From contig LSRY02000029.1 of NCBI GenBank assembly GCA_001643675.2, positions 124,001 to 188,000 on the forward strand: a stretch of 64,000 bases of DNA, in the 5' to 3' direction. Below are positions 35,898-48,472 of this stretch, in pieces; the first letter of the stretch is position 1, and the number at the start of each line of letters is the position of its first letter. This DNA comes from Monocercomonoides exilis PA203. Taxonomy: Eukaryota > Protista > Preaxostyla. The notes below the pieces were generated by a model. It was given only the letters and a program-made list of their open reading frames with translations. It was not told the origin of the DNA and searched no databases. Both the position numbers and the translations under genes were made by a program.

Positions 35898-36855
35898 CTG
35901 TGGATTTTTCTTGGGGTGCAGGAAGAGCAGGAAATCGATCATCCACATCGACTGCTCGCCAAGCTCCGTTGAAATAGAACCGAACCCTGTAATGTCCCGA
36001 TGGATTGATTAACGCTCCGTCTTCCTCAGTCTGCGGGTAGATGCCATTTGAAATGAACGCAATCTTCATTCGCTCTTCAGCCGCTGCCAATAACGCAAGC
36101 GACGTCACAACAGACGCGTCATCAACTTTGCCTGGAATCAGTTTTCTCCAATTGGTGAATCCAAAAACAGACATGAATTTTTGTTTGCAATTAAATACAT
36201 TTCCAGGTCGTAAAAGTTGGCAATGAGCTTTCACTTGTTCTTCGTTAAGCATCACTGGAACACGATCTTGATAAAGAGGAGCAGATTCATCATCTTTAGG
36301 CAAAGAATGAACATCTGGATCCCAAACTGGAAAATATTGTCCATGCCAATGTGAAGAAGCTTCAAGAACACTTTTTTCTTCTTCATCAAACTCACCAAAT
36401 TTTGGAAGTGGTGGATATCTAGACATAGGAGCCGGAACAAATGGAATAGGTGGTGCTTTAACGCGAATATATCTTAATATTGATGTTGGAAGAATATCTT
36501 CATCAATCGTATCATCAGATACTCTTGCAACTTTTTTTATTCGTTTCGAAAAAAGTCTTAATCGAGAAGAATCATGATGGTGAATTTGTTTTCTTCTAAT
36601 TTTCTTTTTCTTATGGAAAAATGGAAGAAGTGGCTTTAAAATTGGAATAGAAAAAGAATTAGAAGCACTTTTTGATGAATACTTATTGGAGGTTGAAGAA
36701 TATTCAATTGATTTTGCTGGAAAAGAGGAAGATGAAACAATTTTGGATGAACCAACTTGCGACCGTTTTGAAGAATTTTTTGAAGATAATTTAGAAGATT
36801 TTAATTTTTTAAATGAGACTGATGATTGTTCGCTGTGTTCATTTGAAGAACTCAT
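31006..36855 (-). CDS. Calpain-7/PalB-like protein, predicted catalytically inactive
   Basis: CysPc motifs NPSGHYRVRFYFNGAWRAVDVDDRFP, EIWPQLLEKAYLKVRG.SY, LAGWIPE, WTNELKTKLNYD, DNGIFYI; PQY of domain III. The Cys, His and Asn triad positions read Ala, Thr and Ala. Confidence 0.85.
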
Positions 36856-37079
36856 GCAAAAAATCCGTGAACAAAATAAAATTCAGATCATAACCATTGT
36901 TTATTAATGAGAACATCATGAAATTACAAAACTTGAAGACAAATGAGAAAAATAGACAAATAAGGGAGAGAAGTTCTCTACATAATAACATTTCATAACC
37001 ACAGAAATAAAAGAAAGAACGATGTGATGTGCTTTAACTTCTGTCATATTCCATAGCCGAATTTTTAAAAAAGGAAAGG

Positions 37080-40000
37080 CTAGTTGTGAGATGTTGGAGA
37101 GGTAATAGGTGTAGACTGAGAATTAGAAGAGTTAGTTGGAATAGGAGCCGAAGGAAAAGACGCATGAGAAGGAGACATGTAAGAGTTAAACATAGCAGAC
37201 GGTCCAGCTTGAGCAGAAAATGTTGGGTGAGTAGAAGAAGCAGTAGAAGCAGCAGAAGAAGCAGAAGTCGAAGAAGATGAAGGAGTAAGATTTGAATTAG
37301 ATGCCGCTGCCGGGGATTGAACCGGAGTCGCATTGGCAGAAGTATTAGCAGCAGCACCAGTAGCAGAATTTGGTGATGTCTTCATTGGAGAAGTCATCAA
37401 AGGCATCGAAAACGAAGTCGGCATCTGGGGCGGGGTGAGCATCTGGTGCATGTGAGGGTAAGGGAACGCCGCAGAAGACATCGGAGAGTGCTGCGAAGGG
37501 GCAGCGTTCATTGGACTATTCTGTTGTTGCTGTTGCTGCTGCTGCTGCTGTTGTTGAATGATCTGCTGATGCTGCTGTGGATTGATTGACTGAGGAGCAG
37601 GTTGAATTTGAGATTGAGTCAAATTCTGAGTCATATTTTGTGTTTGTGTTTGAGCTTGCGATTGTATTTGTGTTTGTGTCTGGATGCTTCCTGGCACAGG
37701 TGGAAACGCTGCTCCTTTCATATTCGCAGTAACCGAAGTCGCATTGACAGCTGCTGATGTTGAAGCAGAAGCAGAAGCAGAGGCAGAGGCAGAGGCAGAA
37801 GCAGATGAAGACATTGGGGGAAATGGCTGTACAGACGAAATAGATGGCACAATCATTGAGGCTGCACTCACAGCGCTTGGGTTGATCATTCCCACATTCA
37901 TTCCACTCATTCCGCTTATCCCGCTCATTCCGATGCTGACGTTGATGCCAGACGGGGTTGGAATAACGCCAGCTGTTAATGACAGGGAAGTGGAATGGTT
38001 GTAAGGAGACTGCATGTTGCGGGGAGAAGAGGATAAGGAAGAAGAAGAGGAGGAGGAAGAAGAAGGTGAAGAAGAAGAAGATGGTGAAGCAGAAGTAGCA
38101 GCAGAAGAAGAAGAAGCATTCGGAGAAAATGTCGGAACCCTCTGTTTCGCTTTATCTCCATCTTCTCCAACCATTTTGACGAGCATTGCTGGCGGGTGCA
38201 TTTGAGCAGTGTGTTGGAGCAAGTTTTGTGCAGATGTGAGTCTGGCTGAGGCAGAATAGGATGCCATGTGAGGAGACGGGGAGAGGTTGGTGAGAACGCT
38301 TCCTATTTTTTTATTATTGTTATTGTTATTATTATTATTGAAAGTGCAGGAATTATTGTTATAATAATAATAATTATTATTATTTTTTAATTGAATGTTT
38401 GTTTGTTTGTTTGAAGGAAATAAAAGATATATTTTGGAGTTGGTGAGTTTTGGAGGTAAAGTTGATCATTCGATGGAAATCATTAGGATGAAAAGAGAGG
38501 AAGATATTAAAAAATGAAGAAGAAATCAGAAAAAAACATGAGTAATTTTTGAATTAAAAAAAAAAAAAAAAACATATTTAGAAAAAATTCATAAAACAAA
38601 AACACATTAACATAATTTTCTTCTCGCTCAATTTCTCTTTCTCTTTCTCCCTCTCCTCTCTAAAAAAACACCTAAAACAAACCTGCATTCTGCTGCATCA
38701 TCTGTGTCGAAATCGCCTTCAGCGGCATGGCATTTGCCATCCCACCCACATTTTGCGTTGCCGGCGGGAAAGAATTGTGTGGTGGGAACGCCGCTGATGG
38801 TGCCGGCGCGCCGATCGGAACTGTGGGCATCGCCGGAATTGCGGGCGGCGAGGGGAAATTCACAGCCGCCGGAAACGGCAGCGACGACTGGGGGAATATC
38901 GACGGCGGCAGGTGGCTCATCGGCTGGGAAATGTAAGGGAGAGTTGGGGAAGGAGCAGATATGTCTGAAGAAGAAGATGATGATGAAGAAGATGAAGATG
39001 AAGAAGAATTGCTGTTGTTATTATTCCCCATCATTCGTGAACTCATCATCATCCTCATTGAACCCCGCTTCCGCCTTCGTGTGGTTGTAGTTGCTGAAGT
39101 TGAAGAAGAAGAAGACATTGAAGAAGAGTTGTGGCCCAATGCAGAATTCGCTTTTCCTCTTCCTCCTCTTCCTCTTCCGCCTCTTCCGCTGGTTGTTCCA
39201 ACAGAAGGCATCATCGACATAGACGCACCTGATCGAGACAATCCAACATCACTTGCACTGGAATACGAAAGAGAAGAAGAAGGAGAAGAAGAAGATGATG
39301 ATGGCAATGAAGAAGAAGACAATGATGATGATGATGATGATGATGATGAATTTGGCCCACCAGTTATGGCTTGCATGGCAGACGCTGCTGCTGATGATGA
39401 AGAAGAACCTGCTCCTGTTTCCCACTCCGCTCCCAATCCCATTCCATATCTCTCACTTTCAGCACTTCCATATCCCTGTTTGTGTCTATCTGACGCTGAA
39501 GAGGAGGAGGAGGAAGAAGAAGAAGCTGATGAACCTCCTCCTCTCCTTCTCTTCAGCACAGCTCCAAACGAACGTTGTCTAAAATGCGGTGTTTTGTGTG
39601 CTTGTGATGCTCTTTTGGCCTCAGAGAGCGAAAGAGAGGCAGAAGAGGCAGAGGAAGAGGAAGGTGCAAAGCCCATGCTCCTCAGAATTGTCGACGGAAG
39701 AAGCGAATGAATCGACGGCAGATGCGATTTGTGGGTGGATTCGGTTGATTTGCTTCCTGAACTCTCTTTTCCTTCTTTTCCTTCTTCTGATTTCTCGCCT
39801 TTGCCTTCTTTGTCTGTGTGTTCTCCTTCTTCTCCTTCAGCGCCATTTCCATCGCCTTTCTTTCCTCCTCCTCCTCCGCTTCCTTCTCCACCACCTCCTC
39901 CTCCATCTTCTTCTTCCTCCTCCCCTTTCTTCTTCTTCTCCCCTTCCTCCCCCTCCCCCTCCTCATTCTCCCCCTCTTCGCTCTCTCCTCTTCCTCTGTG

Positions 40001-42477
40001 CAACAGCTCGCTTTCTCTGTTCCTCTTCTCATACATCGACGCCAGCGTATAAATCTGCTGTGCCGAGTTTCCTCCTTTCACCAGCGCCAGCACTGCCTGA
40101 ATGCACTGCCTGTTCTCCCTCAACCCCGACCTCAATGGCGCAGAAGGCGTGAAAGACAACAAATGCTCGGGAAATCTCAGTTCTGACCCATTCTCATCTC
40201 TCTCTCTCTTTCCACCGACCTCTTCGCCTCTTCCTCCTTCCCCTTCTCCGTTGCTCCCGCCATCGCTCGAATACTCGCTCTCTCTCCCGTCTCTTCCCAG
40301 CGGCACATCTGTTATCTGCCTCAGCGAATACACACTGTTCCCCCTCATCCTGCTTCTAGCTGCGCCTTCTCTATGCGCTTTCCCGAACTCGTCGCCTGTC
40401 AATGAACGCATCCGCCGTTTTGACAGGAGAAGAGGCTTCGAAGCAGCACGTGCCTTCTTCTTCTTCTTCTTCCGCTGTGCCAAAAGCCTCGCTGCATATT
40501 CAGACAGCGGCTCGTTTGATTGATGCTGAAGTGAATTGGCTGCTCCTCTTTCTGCTCCGCTTTCATCGCCCAGCACATTTCCTCCTCCTTCTCCTCCTCC
40601 TTCACCATTCGCTGCATCTCCCCCTTCTCCCGCTCCACCCAAATGCAGTTTCGCATTCTTCCTCCCTTTTCCTCTGTGTCCTCTGGCGTGTTTTCGCGCT
40701 TTCTTTGCAGTTCGCACCGGAGCCAATTTGACAGGTTCGATTGAAAGCTTGGCAGGTGTTTCTCGTTCAGACGTCGTCGCCTCTTCGTCCTCTTCAGAGC
40801 CGAATATATCGTCATCGTCATCATCATCAAGTTCACCATTATTATTGTTATTGTTTTCATTCATCATGTTTTTGTCAGTTTGATCTTTTGCTCCTTCTCC
40901 TTCTCCTTCTCCTCCTTCTGCAGCTTCTTCATCGCTATCACTGAACAAATCATCATCCGAATCGCTTTCTCCACCTGTCCCTTCTTCTTTCTTCTCTTCT
41001 TCTTCCTCTTCTTCTTCTTCTTCCTCTTCTTCCTCCTCCTCCTTTTCCCCTTTCTTCCCTTTCCCCTCTTTCCCTTCCTTCTCCTCTTTCTCCTTCTTCT
41101 GCTGCAGTCTTGTGCTTGTCCTCAGCGGTATCATCGTGCCCGATGCAGTCGAATGAGCCGAGTTTTCTTCCTTTTCGCTGTCTTTATGTGGCCGAATGAG
41201 CGATTTGACATACAAATCTCCTCTTCCATCTGAATCGTCCTCGTTCCTCGCTGACAGCCCAGACTTCCTGCCAGGCGTCTTTCGCTTCTTCTTCGTCCGC
41301 TTCGATGACGTGCTGTCCGTCTCGCCAGCATCCGCCCCACTTGCTGCTCCTTTGCCTTTGCCAGCTGTCCTACCCAGTTCAGATTTTGATGATGTTCCTT
41401 TTCTTCCTTTCTTTTTCTTTTTCCCTTCCTTTGCTGTTGTGTATTTGATCGTTCCATCGTCTGTGACGCGGCTTTTCGTTCCTCTGTTGATTGCCTCCTG
41501 TTGTGATTCTGAAGCATCGTTATTCCCTTCTTCTTCGTCCGTCTTATCTTCGTCGTCTTCCTCCTCATCTCCATCTTTTGAAGTGTTTTTTGTTTTGCTA
41601 TCTCTCACTTTTTTCTCAGGTGACATGTCAAATAACTCCTTCTCATCTTCATCCAACCAAGAATCTTCTTCTTGTCCTTCAGGCTGAAGCTTGACTGCTT
41701 CTTCCTCAATTTTTTCTCCAATTTCAGATATTTCTTTTTTGAGAGCTTCAGTGTCTTTGTTCAAATCTTTTTTATTTCTTTTAGATTCTTTTCCTTTGAG
41801 AATCTGACTTTCTTGTGATGCGCCCGCTGAATTGTCTTTTTGCTTTGGCGGCCTTAACTTTCTAATTGTTGCTGGATCTTGAAACTGAGTATTTTTTATA
41901 ATAAAATATTCATTAATTTTATGAATCACAGTTTTTACAAAAAATAAGCAATGAGCAAACGAGTTTCTTGCAATTAGGGCAATTCCAAATTTTTAATGTC
42001 TTCAAATTTGATTTTCTTAGCCCGACACATTTGAGATGAAACCTTTGAATTGAATGAAATTCAAAAATCAATTATCATGATAAAAGAGCAAGCATACCAA
42101 TCTGAGCATTTATCGCATTGAATCATGCATCCTAGTGTACATATGATAATGAATTCAGGAAAGAAACATCAAAAATTTAAAAGAATTTCAAATTGACATA
42201 TTCAAAAAATAGTTAATTTATTCCTCGATACAGATACAAAAATTCGATTAAATAATCGTCGCATGCAATATAAAAACATTCACTTTAAGTCTTCTTTCAA
42301 AAATACTATACCATCATCTTTGCCATGGCATATGCAAAATGTTTGTTCCTCTTTGACTGGCTCCACGTCTTGCTGCTCTGTTTTGACTTGTTGACTTGTT
42401 TCATCAATATTTTTTTCTGCCTCTGTGCGTGTAGGTGAATTATCTGGTTGTGAAGACTCAAGCGGCTGTTGGTCCAT
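37080..42477 (-). CDS. PHD-finger protein with a long acidic/Ser/Gly/Gln low-complexity tail (about 5 exons)
   Basis: Spliced Cys4-His-Cys3: TFCICHGKDD / MIQCDKCSDW / FHLKCVGL...WNCPNC (42330-41965). Joins ORF 38672-41929 and, through an intron GTTTGT (~38681) ... AATAG (~38303), ORF 37080-38267 in frame. Confidence 0.8.
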
Positions 42478-43244
42478 AAAAAATAAAAAATCAGTAGTTT
42501 GAATCAGATAAATTAAAGGTTGCTATTAAATATATATATTGTGGGTTAGAAAAAATGAAAAAAATTCAATAACTTTCAATCTGTGTTATATTTGAATTTA
42601 CTAATATAATAATATTCGATGTCGTGAAAAAAATCATCTTTGTGATTTCTTTTCAATAAGTGAAAAATTCTGATTGTGAAAATTTTTGGTGATGTATTAT
42701 TTGCAATGTTAATAATTTTTATAATGTGCACTTCGTAAAGGAATATATTTGGGAATGTTAAAACTTACATGATGATTGCAGTGTTTTTATTTATCTTTTG
42801 TATTTAAAATGTCTTCAATTAAGAATCTCATTTCATGTGTAAAGATGATAGTATTTCTTTGCAAGAATACACTCTTCTTCTTTTCGAATCGATAAATTTC
42901 ATGAGATTGAAATCTTATTATTTTTCTATCATTTTATTAAAGTGAAAATTTAACCCAGTTGTTTATTTTCAAAAAAAGTGTTATTCAAAAATGGAATGAA
43001 TTTTTCAAGTTTCTATCATTTATAAAACTTTTCAGATCCATATATTAATTTGATAATAACCTTCCATTTTAATAGCATTCCTCCAAAAGATAATATTTGC
43101 AAAAATGAAACTTAATAAAAAAAGACTCTTCTGATCAAGGTTGTGTAAAAAAAAAAAAAAAAAAAACAATATTCAAATTGCATAGGTTTTTTAGTGTATA
43201 TTTTTGAGCCGAAATGTTGTGAAATGATTTGAAGAAATGTTTAT

Positions 43245-45106
43245 TTATTGTTTTCTTTTTCTTTCTTTCTTTTCTTTCTTCTCTTTCCTCTTCTGCTTCC
43301 TCTCCTTCTCAATCTTCTTCGCCTTCTTCCTCTCCTTCTCCATTTTCTCAAACGCATTCATTCTCTTTCGCGACTTCTTCACAACCGCCCCATCCAAATC
43401 CAACTGAGCATCTCCTCGTTTTGCATGAAGCCCTTCAAAAAACCGAGAAAAAGTCGGTTTTTCGGTTTTAGCTCCAGCCATCGAATGAACAAGAGCTGAA
43501 GGTGCTGCTGAAGATGATGAAGATGATGAAGTTGATTCAGTTCCTGTTTTCATTGCTTTTCTTCCTCTTTGAGAAACATTCGAAGTATGTGCAACTTCAC
43601 CTTCTCCTTCTTCTCCTTCTCCTTTTCTCGTTTTTGTGCCTCGATTGTCTCTATCTCTCTTTTTGAACTCACTTTTACTCTCTTTTCCATCTCCTCCTTT
43701 TCTTTCTTTGAAAGATGTCTTTCTCGCTTTCTCTTCATTTCCTCCTTCTCCTTCTCCCTCATCTTCTCCTTCTTCTCCCTCATCTGACTGCTTCTCCCTC
43801 ACTTTCCCTCTGTCTCTCCATCTTTCTTTCTTTTTCACTGTTTTCGTAGCCACACCAGCTTCTCTTCTCCTTTGCTGTTCTCTTCTTTTCTTGTTCCTTT
43901 CTTTCTCTTTCGCCCTTTTCTCTTCTTTTTCGATTTTCAGCTTGTTTTTAAGCTTTCCTGCTTTTTTAGGATGCATTGCCTTTGTGACTCTTATTGTTCG
44001 ATCTTGTCAAATTGAAGGAGAAAGATGGAAAAAAGAAAAAACAATTGATAATTTCAATAGAAAATTCAAAAAGTTATAATCAAAATATTGAGAGAAGCAA
44101 AGATTGTAAGTTACCTCCAAGTTCAGATCCGTCGAGTGCCATTGAAGCTGTCACGCTGTCCGCATCCTCAATAATTCACAAACATTTCAAAGTAATTTTT
44201 ATTTTTTTAAAAAATAACAAATGATTTCATACTTCAAACGTGACAAAGCCAAATCCTTTTCCTTGACGAGTCCATTTATCGCGAATTATACGAACTGAGC
44301 GAACCGCTCCACAACTCTCGAAATGCCTTAAAAGTTCTGATTCTTTCAAATCTTCATATTCAAAATTATATTCATCTTTAATCAAACTATTAAAAAAGTA
44401 AAAGCAAACTGAAAGGAAGTTGACCAACAAATACAGAACGTTTAAAATCAACATCTTTTGTATTGGCATGCGTTATTCGGACCAATGAACCTCCTAATTT
44501 CTGTTTCTGTTCTGGTGATGAAAGCTGTTCGACTGCAGTTTGAGAATCTCCTTCAGTTCTGAAAACGACATAACAATTTTTGACATCGAGCTCCTAAAAA
44601 TATGAAATATAAATGAAACAATGTTAAAAAATTTTTTTGATTTATACCTTGTTAAAAGCTTTCTTTATTACAGCAGCCTTTTTTGGTAATTTTGCTTCAT
44701 TATCAACGGGAACAGAACGGAATCTTATAGATTCAATATGCCCATATGGTAACACTATCTTTCTGATGTCCTAAATAAAAAGAGAAAGTTCGGAAAATTT
44801 ATCAAATATCTCAAGGAATTACTAAAAATATATTACTTTCTCTGTCATTGTAATAGGAATATTTCCAATAAAAATAGTCCTCTTATTCTTTTCTGGATCA
44901 AAGTGGCTCTTCCTTCTTTGTCTTTTTTCACCTTGTTCTTCGTCATTTGAGGCATCTGACTCGTCATCATCATTATCAGATTCATTTTCTTCCTCGCTGA
45001 TATCATCCTCCGAATAGCCTTCTTCATCATCTAATTTTTTTAAATCTTCTTCAAGAATTCTCTTGTTTTCCTCATCAAAATCCTCTGACTCTTCTTCAGA
45101 ATCCAT
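43245..45106 (-). CDS. RBM34: Nucleolar two-RRM protein RBM34/Nop12
   Basis: Acidic N-terminus; RTIFIGNIP, GHIESIRFRSVP...LPKKAAVI, NCYVVF; RSVFVGQLPF, AVRSVRIIRDKWTRQGKGFGFVTFE; basic tail containing FEGLHA. Confidence 0.88.
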
Positions 45107-45189
45107 TTGTTTTTGATCGTTATAGATCTTTTAATTAATCAAATATTTTCAAGATCATATTTATTATTAAAAAATTTATATCTTGATAA

Positions 45190-46503
45190 ATGAATGCAAA
45201 AGACATTGCAGATTCGATTCATAAAGATCCATCAAAATCGTTAGAATTATTGAAGCAACTTGGGGATTTGTTATTTGCTGAGTCTGTAGTTCGCAATATT
45301 TCTCCGTTTATATTGTTTTCTTTTTATGCAGACCACCAAATTCATTGACAAAATTTGCAGAGTCATTTGGTGGAATGGATATATTAGCTTCAGGACTTTT
45401 AAGTGGAAACGATTTTGTAATAAATGAATGCTGCTTGATTTGGGATCAATTATTTAAACTTTCTGATTCACCTGAGCTATTACTTTCTCCAGATGTTTGG
45501 AAAATATTAACATTGATTTATTATAACTATTCCTTCAGATGTTCAGCTTTTTAATAGATTCTGTTTCGAAGAATCCATCTTCAGCTGTAAGAGGATGTGC
45601 TGCAAGAGGCATTTTCAGATGCTCTCAAAAGGCCACCCTTTCCGATTCAACTATTATAAAATGCCCTCTCCTTCCTCATGTCTGCAATTTTATTCCTCAT
45701 TAATTTGTTTCATCTCACTTCTTTTTTTGATACAAAAGATCCAAACACTTATAATGATCCTTCCGCAGCTTTTAAGAGACGGAGTAGAAGTTCAGCAACA
45801 AATTCAAAATGCCTTTGTTTCAGTTTGCATGTTTTTACAATGAAATGATGCTTTATGTTTTTTGCATTTGATTTACGATGACTAATAAACAAGGTGTCAG
45901 AGTCGGGAACGGAAGAATTTTATAAACTGCTATGCGCAGATGAACTTTTGAATCAGCTATTCTCAACAACTACGCATGCTTCATCTTCATCGTCTAAAAA
46001 TGATAACAAGGAAATTGCCCGAGTTTCTCTTGTTTCATTTGACATGTACGTTCATATTTGTGAGAAGGGCAAATCGATTCCAGATTATTTTATTCAAAAA
46101 ATTTATCCGTATTTTCAGGATTACATAAAGACAACTGTTTCTCCACAGTTTGAAGAAGAGGACCCTCTTTTGTTGAACAACATTATCGAAATACTGAAAA
46201 ATGTATTGATTGTTAATTTCTTATTGTAGCAATAAATGCAAACTAATTCTTCACTTTTTTTTTTTAAATTTTTAAATTTCTTTTTCAAAATTTTATTTAG
46301 TTTATTCATTGTGCCTGCTTCTCTCCGATGCTTTTCCCAGAAAAAATCCCATCTGATTTTTCAAAAAATCATATTCTTTCATCTCTTGTGTCAATAATCC
46401 AATCACAAATTTGCGGCCCATCAGCTTTTGAAGCCATCTCAGAAATCATTCGCTTGGTTTGAATAATTCATATTTTATTTTCATTTCTAATTCCTTCCTT
46501 TTT

Positions 46504-46582
<79 letters not shown>

Positions 46583-47650
46583 TTCTTTCTTTTTTTTTTT
46601 TTTTTTCTTTTCTTTTCTTTTTTTTCTGTTTTTTTCTATTTCATTTCAGCATCCAATTTTTGTTCTCAACTTCGAAAACGGATCAACCATCCTAAGCTGC
46701 ATTAATTCATTAACACCTCCTTCAACCGCATCGCCAGCCACCTTCTACCCCACCATTCCTGTTGCTTCTGCCGAGTGCTGCTCGCTTTTCCTGCAAAACC
46801 GCTCGTTTGCCGACTTCATCGACAAAGTTGATACATTTCCTCTTCCTGATTCCACATTCTCTGAATTCGAAGAATGCAGAAAGAAGATTTCCACAACCCC
46901 TTCGTTCTCTTCCCCATCGTCTCAGCCTCTTCCTTCATTAGACAGCCACTCTGCTCTCCTCGCCTTTCATCTGGGCTCTCTTCCCAGGCTGATCAGAGGA
47001 GTCACACACGCTGGCTTAGCTTCTGCTGCTTTGTCTGCTATCATTTCTTTGTCTGCTGCTGCTTCTCCGTATACGCCCTTGTGCTACGCTGCACTCGAAT
47101 GCATCGTGTTGGGGATGAGCCCGCTGTTTTGGATGATCAAAGGGCCCGGGCAGATTCCAGATGAAGTGATAAGAAAACTTGTTTTAAAGGTTTGCTTTAA
47201 ACATTAAGTTTCTATTATGAAGTTATTCGTTATTCTTATTAACAATAATTTTTTTTCTCTTTTTTTTCAATAAAATTAATTTCAAATAAAATACCAAACT
47301 CTCATGTTTTTTAGTGCATAGAATCCCTTGCAAAGTACGAATGGTTTATTGACGACTTTGGCAAATCAGCAGAAGCGGTGCAATATGTCACTGACCCAAC
47401 AACAATGATTGATAGAGAAGGCGTAGTGTTGCAGTCTTCTGTATCAAAAGCGCTGTTCAATTCTCCATTTAGCTCTAAAATCCCAGAAATAGTACAGAAA
47501 AAATTGGCATATAGGTTTGATCCATTTTAATTTTTGAATTTTTATTTATTGCAATTTTTCAATGTTTTAATAAAATGAAGATCTCAATCAACTATTGGGA
47601 AAGGAGATGCTGTACCAAAAGTTGCAGTGGATGAGCTTACGGAACTTTAA
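45190..47650 (+). CDS. Multi-exon ARM/HEAT-like protein, probable 26S proteasome assembly chaperone PSMD5/Hsm3
   Basis: Many short exons from MNAKDIADSIH (45190) to VPKVAVDELTEL* (47650). The C-terminal ESLAKYEWFIDDFGKSAEAVQYVTDPTTMIDREG...VSKALFNS...PKVAV resembles the PSMD5 C-terminus as I recall it. Confidence 0.5.
46502..46589. repeat. Compound intronic tetranucleotide microsatellite (TTTC)n(TGTC)n
   Basis: Directly visible. Confidence 0.9.
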
Positions 47651-47768
47651 TTTTTTTTTAAGCTTTCAGTTTATATTAATTTTTATATTATTTTTTGATA
47701 AGAAAAAGAAAAAAAATACTTCAAAATCATAAACTTAAAGTTATGGGAGAGTTGTTAGAAAAAAACTT

Positions 47769-48283
47769 ATGCCACCCAAAAAGAAGGGAAAAAAGAAGGG
47801 TAAAAAGAAGGGAACAAAGGTGCATATTGAAGCACCTCCTTTTGAATATACTCCGCCAGAAGATGTGGAAGAGCAATGGGTAATCTTAAATATTAGATTA
47901 ATTTCTTGGACTTATCTTGACTTCACGTTTGAAAATTATTAATTGTCATGTTAGCAATTCAAAAATATTTTAATTCATTTTTCTGATAATTTAGTTATGA
48001 AACCACAACACGTACAAAGCTCTCGACTGTTATCGATCGAATTAAAGAACAACATAGAGGTGCTATACAAGGAATTCAACTTTTCAGAGAAACAAGAGCA
48101 CCTTCTTGCGAATTAAAGGATCCATTTGCTTCATTAGAAGAATGCGGCATTAAGGGAGGACCGAAGGATAGCCCTCCAACAGTTACAATCCTTTATGATT
48201 TTAAAGCTGATCACGTTCCTCAGTCTGTTGATGTGTTTTTCGGAAGTCCAGATGTTCCAGAACGTAAATTTGCAAGCGTGTGA
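47769..48283 (+). CDS. Small protein with Lys-rich N-terminus and probable ubiquitin-like fold (2 exons, ~148 aa)
   Basis: Missed by the ORF track. MPPKKKGKKKGKKK...WVILNIRLISWTYLDFT | YETTTRTKLSTVIDRIKEQH...IQLF...LKDPFASLEECGIKGG...TILYDF; intron 47927-47994 (GTTTGA...TTAG). Confidence 0.7.
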
Positions 48284-48472
48284 ACAGGAGATTATTTTGT
48301 TTTGTTTTGTTTTGTTTTTTTAAATACACTTCACAAATGATTTTAAGTTATTCTTTAAAATAAAAAAATGTTAAATTATAAATTTTTTGACAAAAAGAAA
48401 AATGACCAAATGGTTTAACAGAATTCCTTTTGTTTCAAAGCAAAGAAACAAGGAGAGAGAGAAGAAATTGGT

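Noticed and set aside
24289-41694. Dozens of overlapping and antisense ORFs rich in poly-L, F, R or E
   Set aside because: They are shadows of (TCT/GAA)n coding tracts, which lack stop codons in most frames.
42500-43230. Possible small unannotated gene between the PHD gene and RBM34
   Set aside because: I could not build a consistent exon chain; left uncalled.
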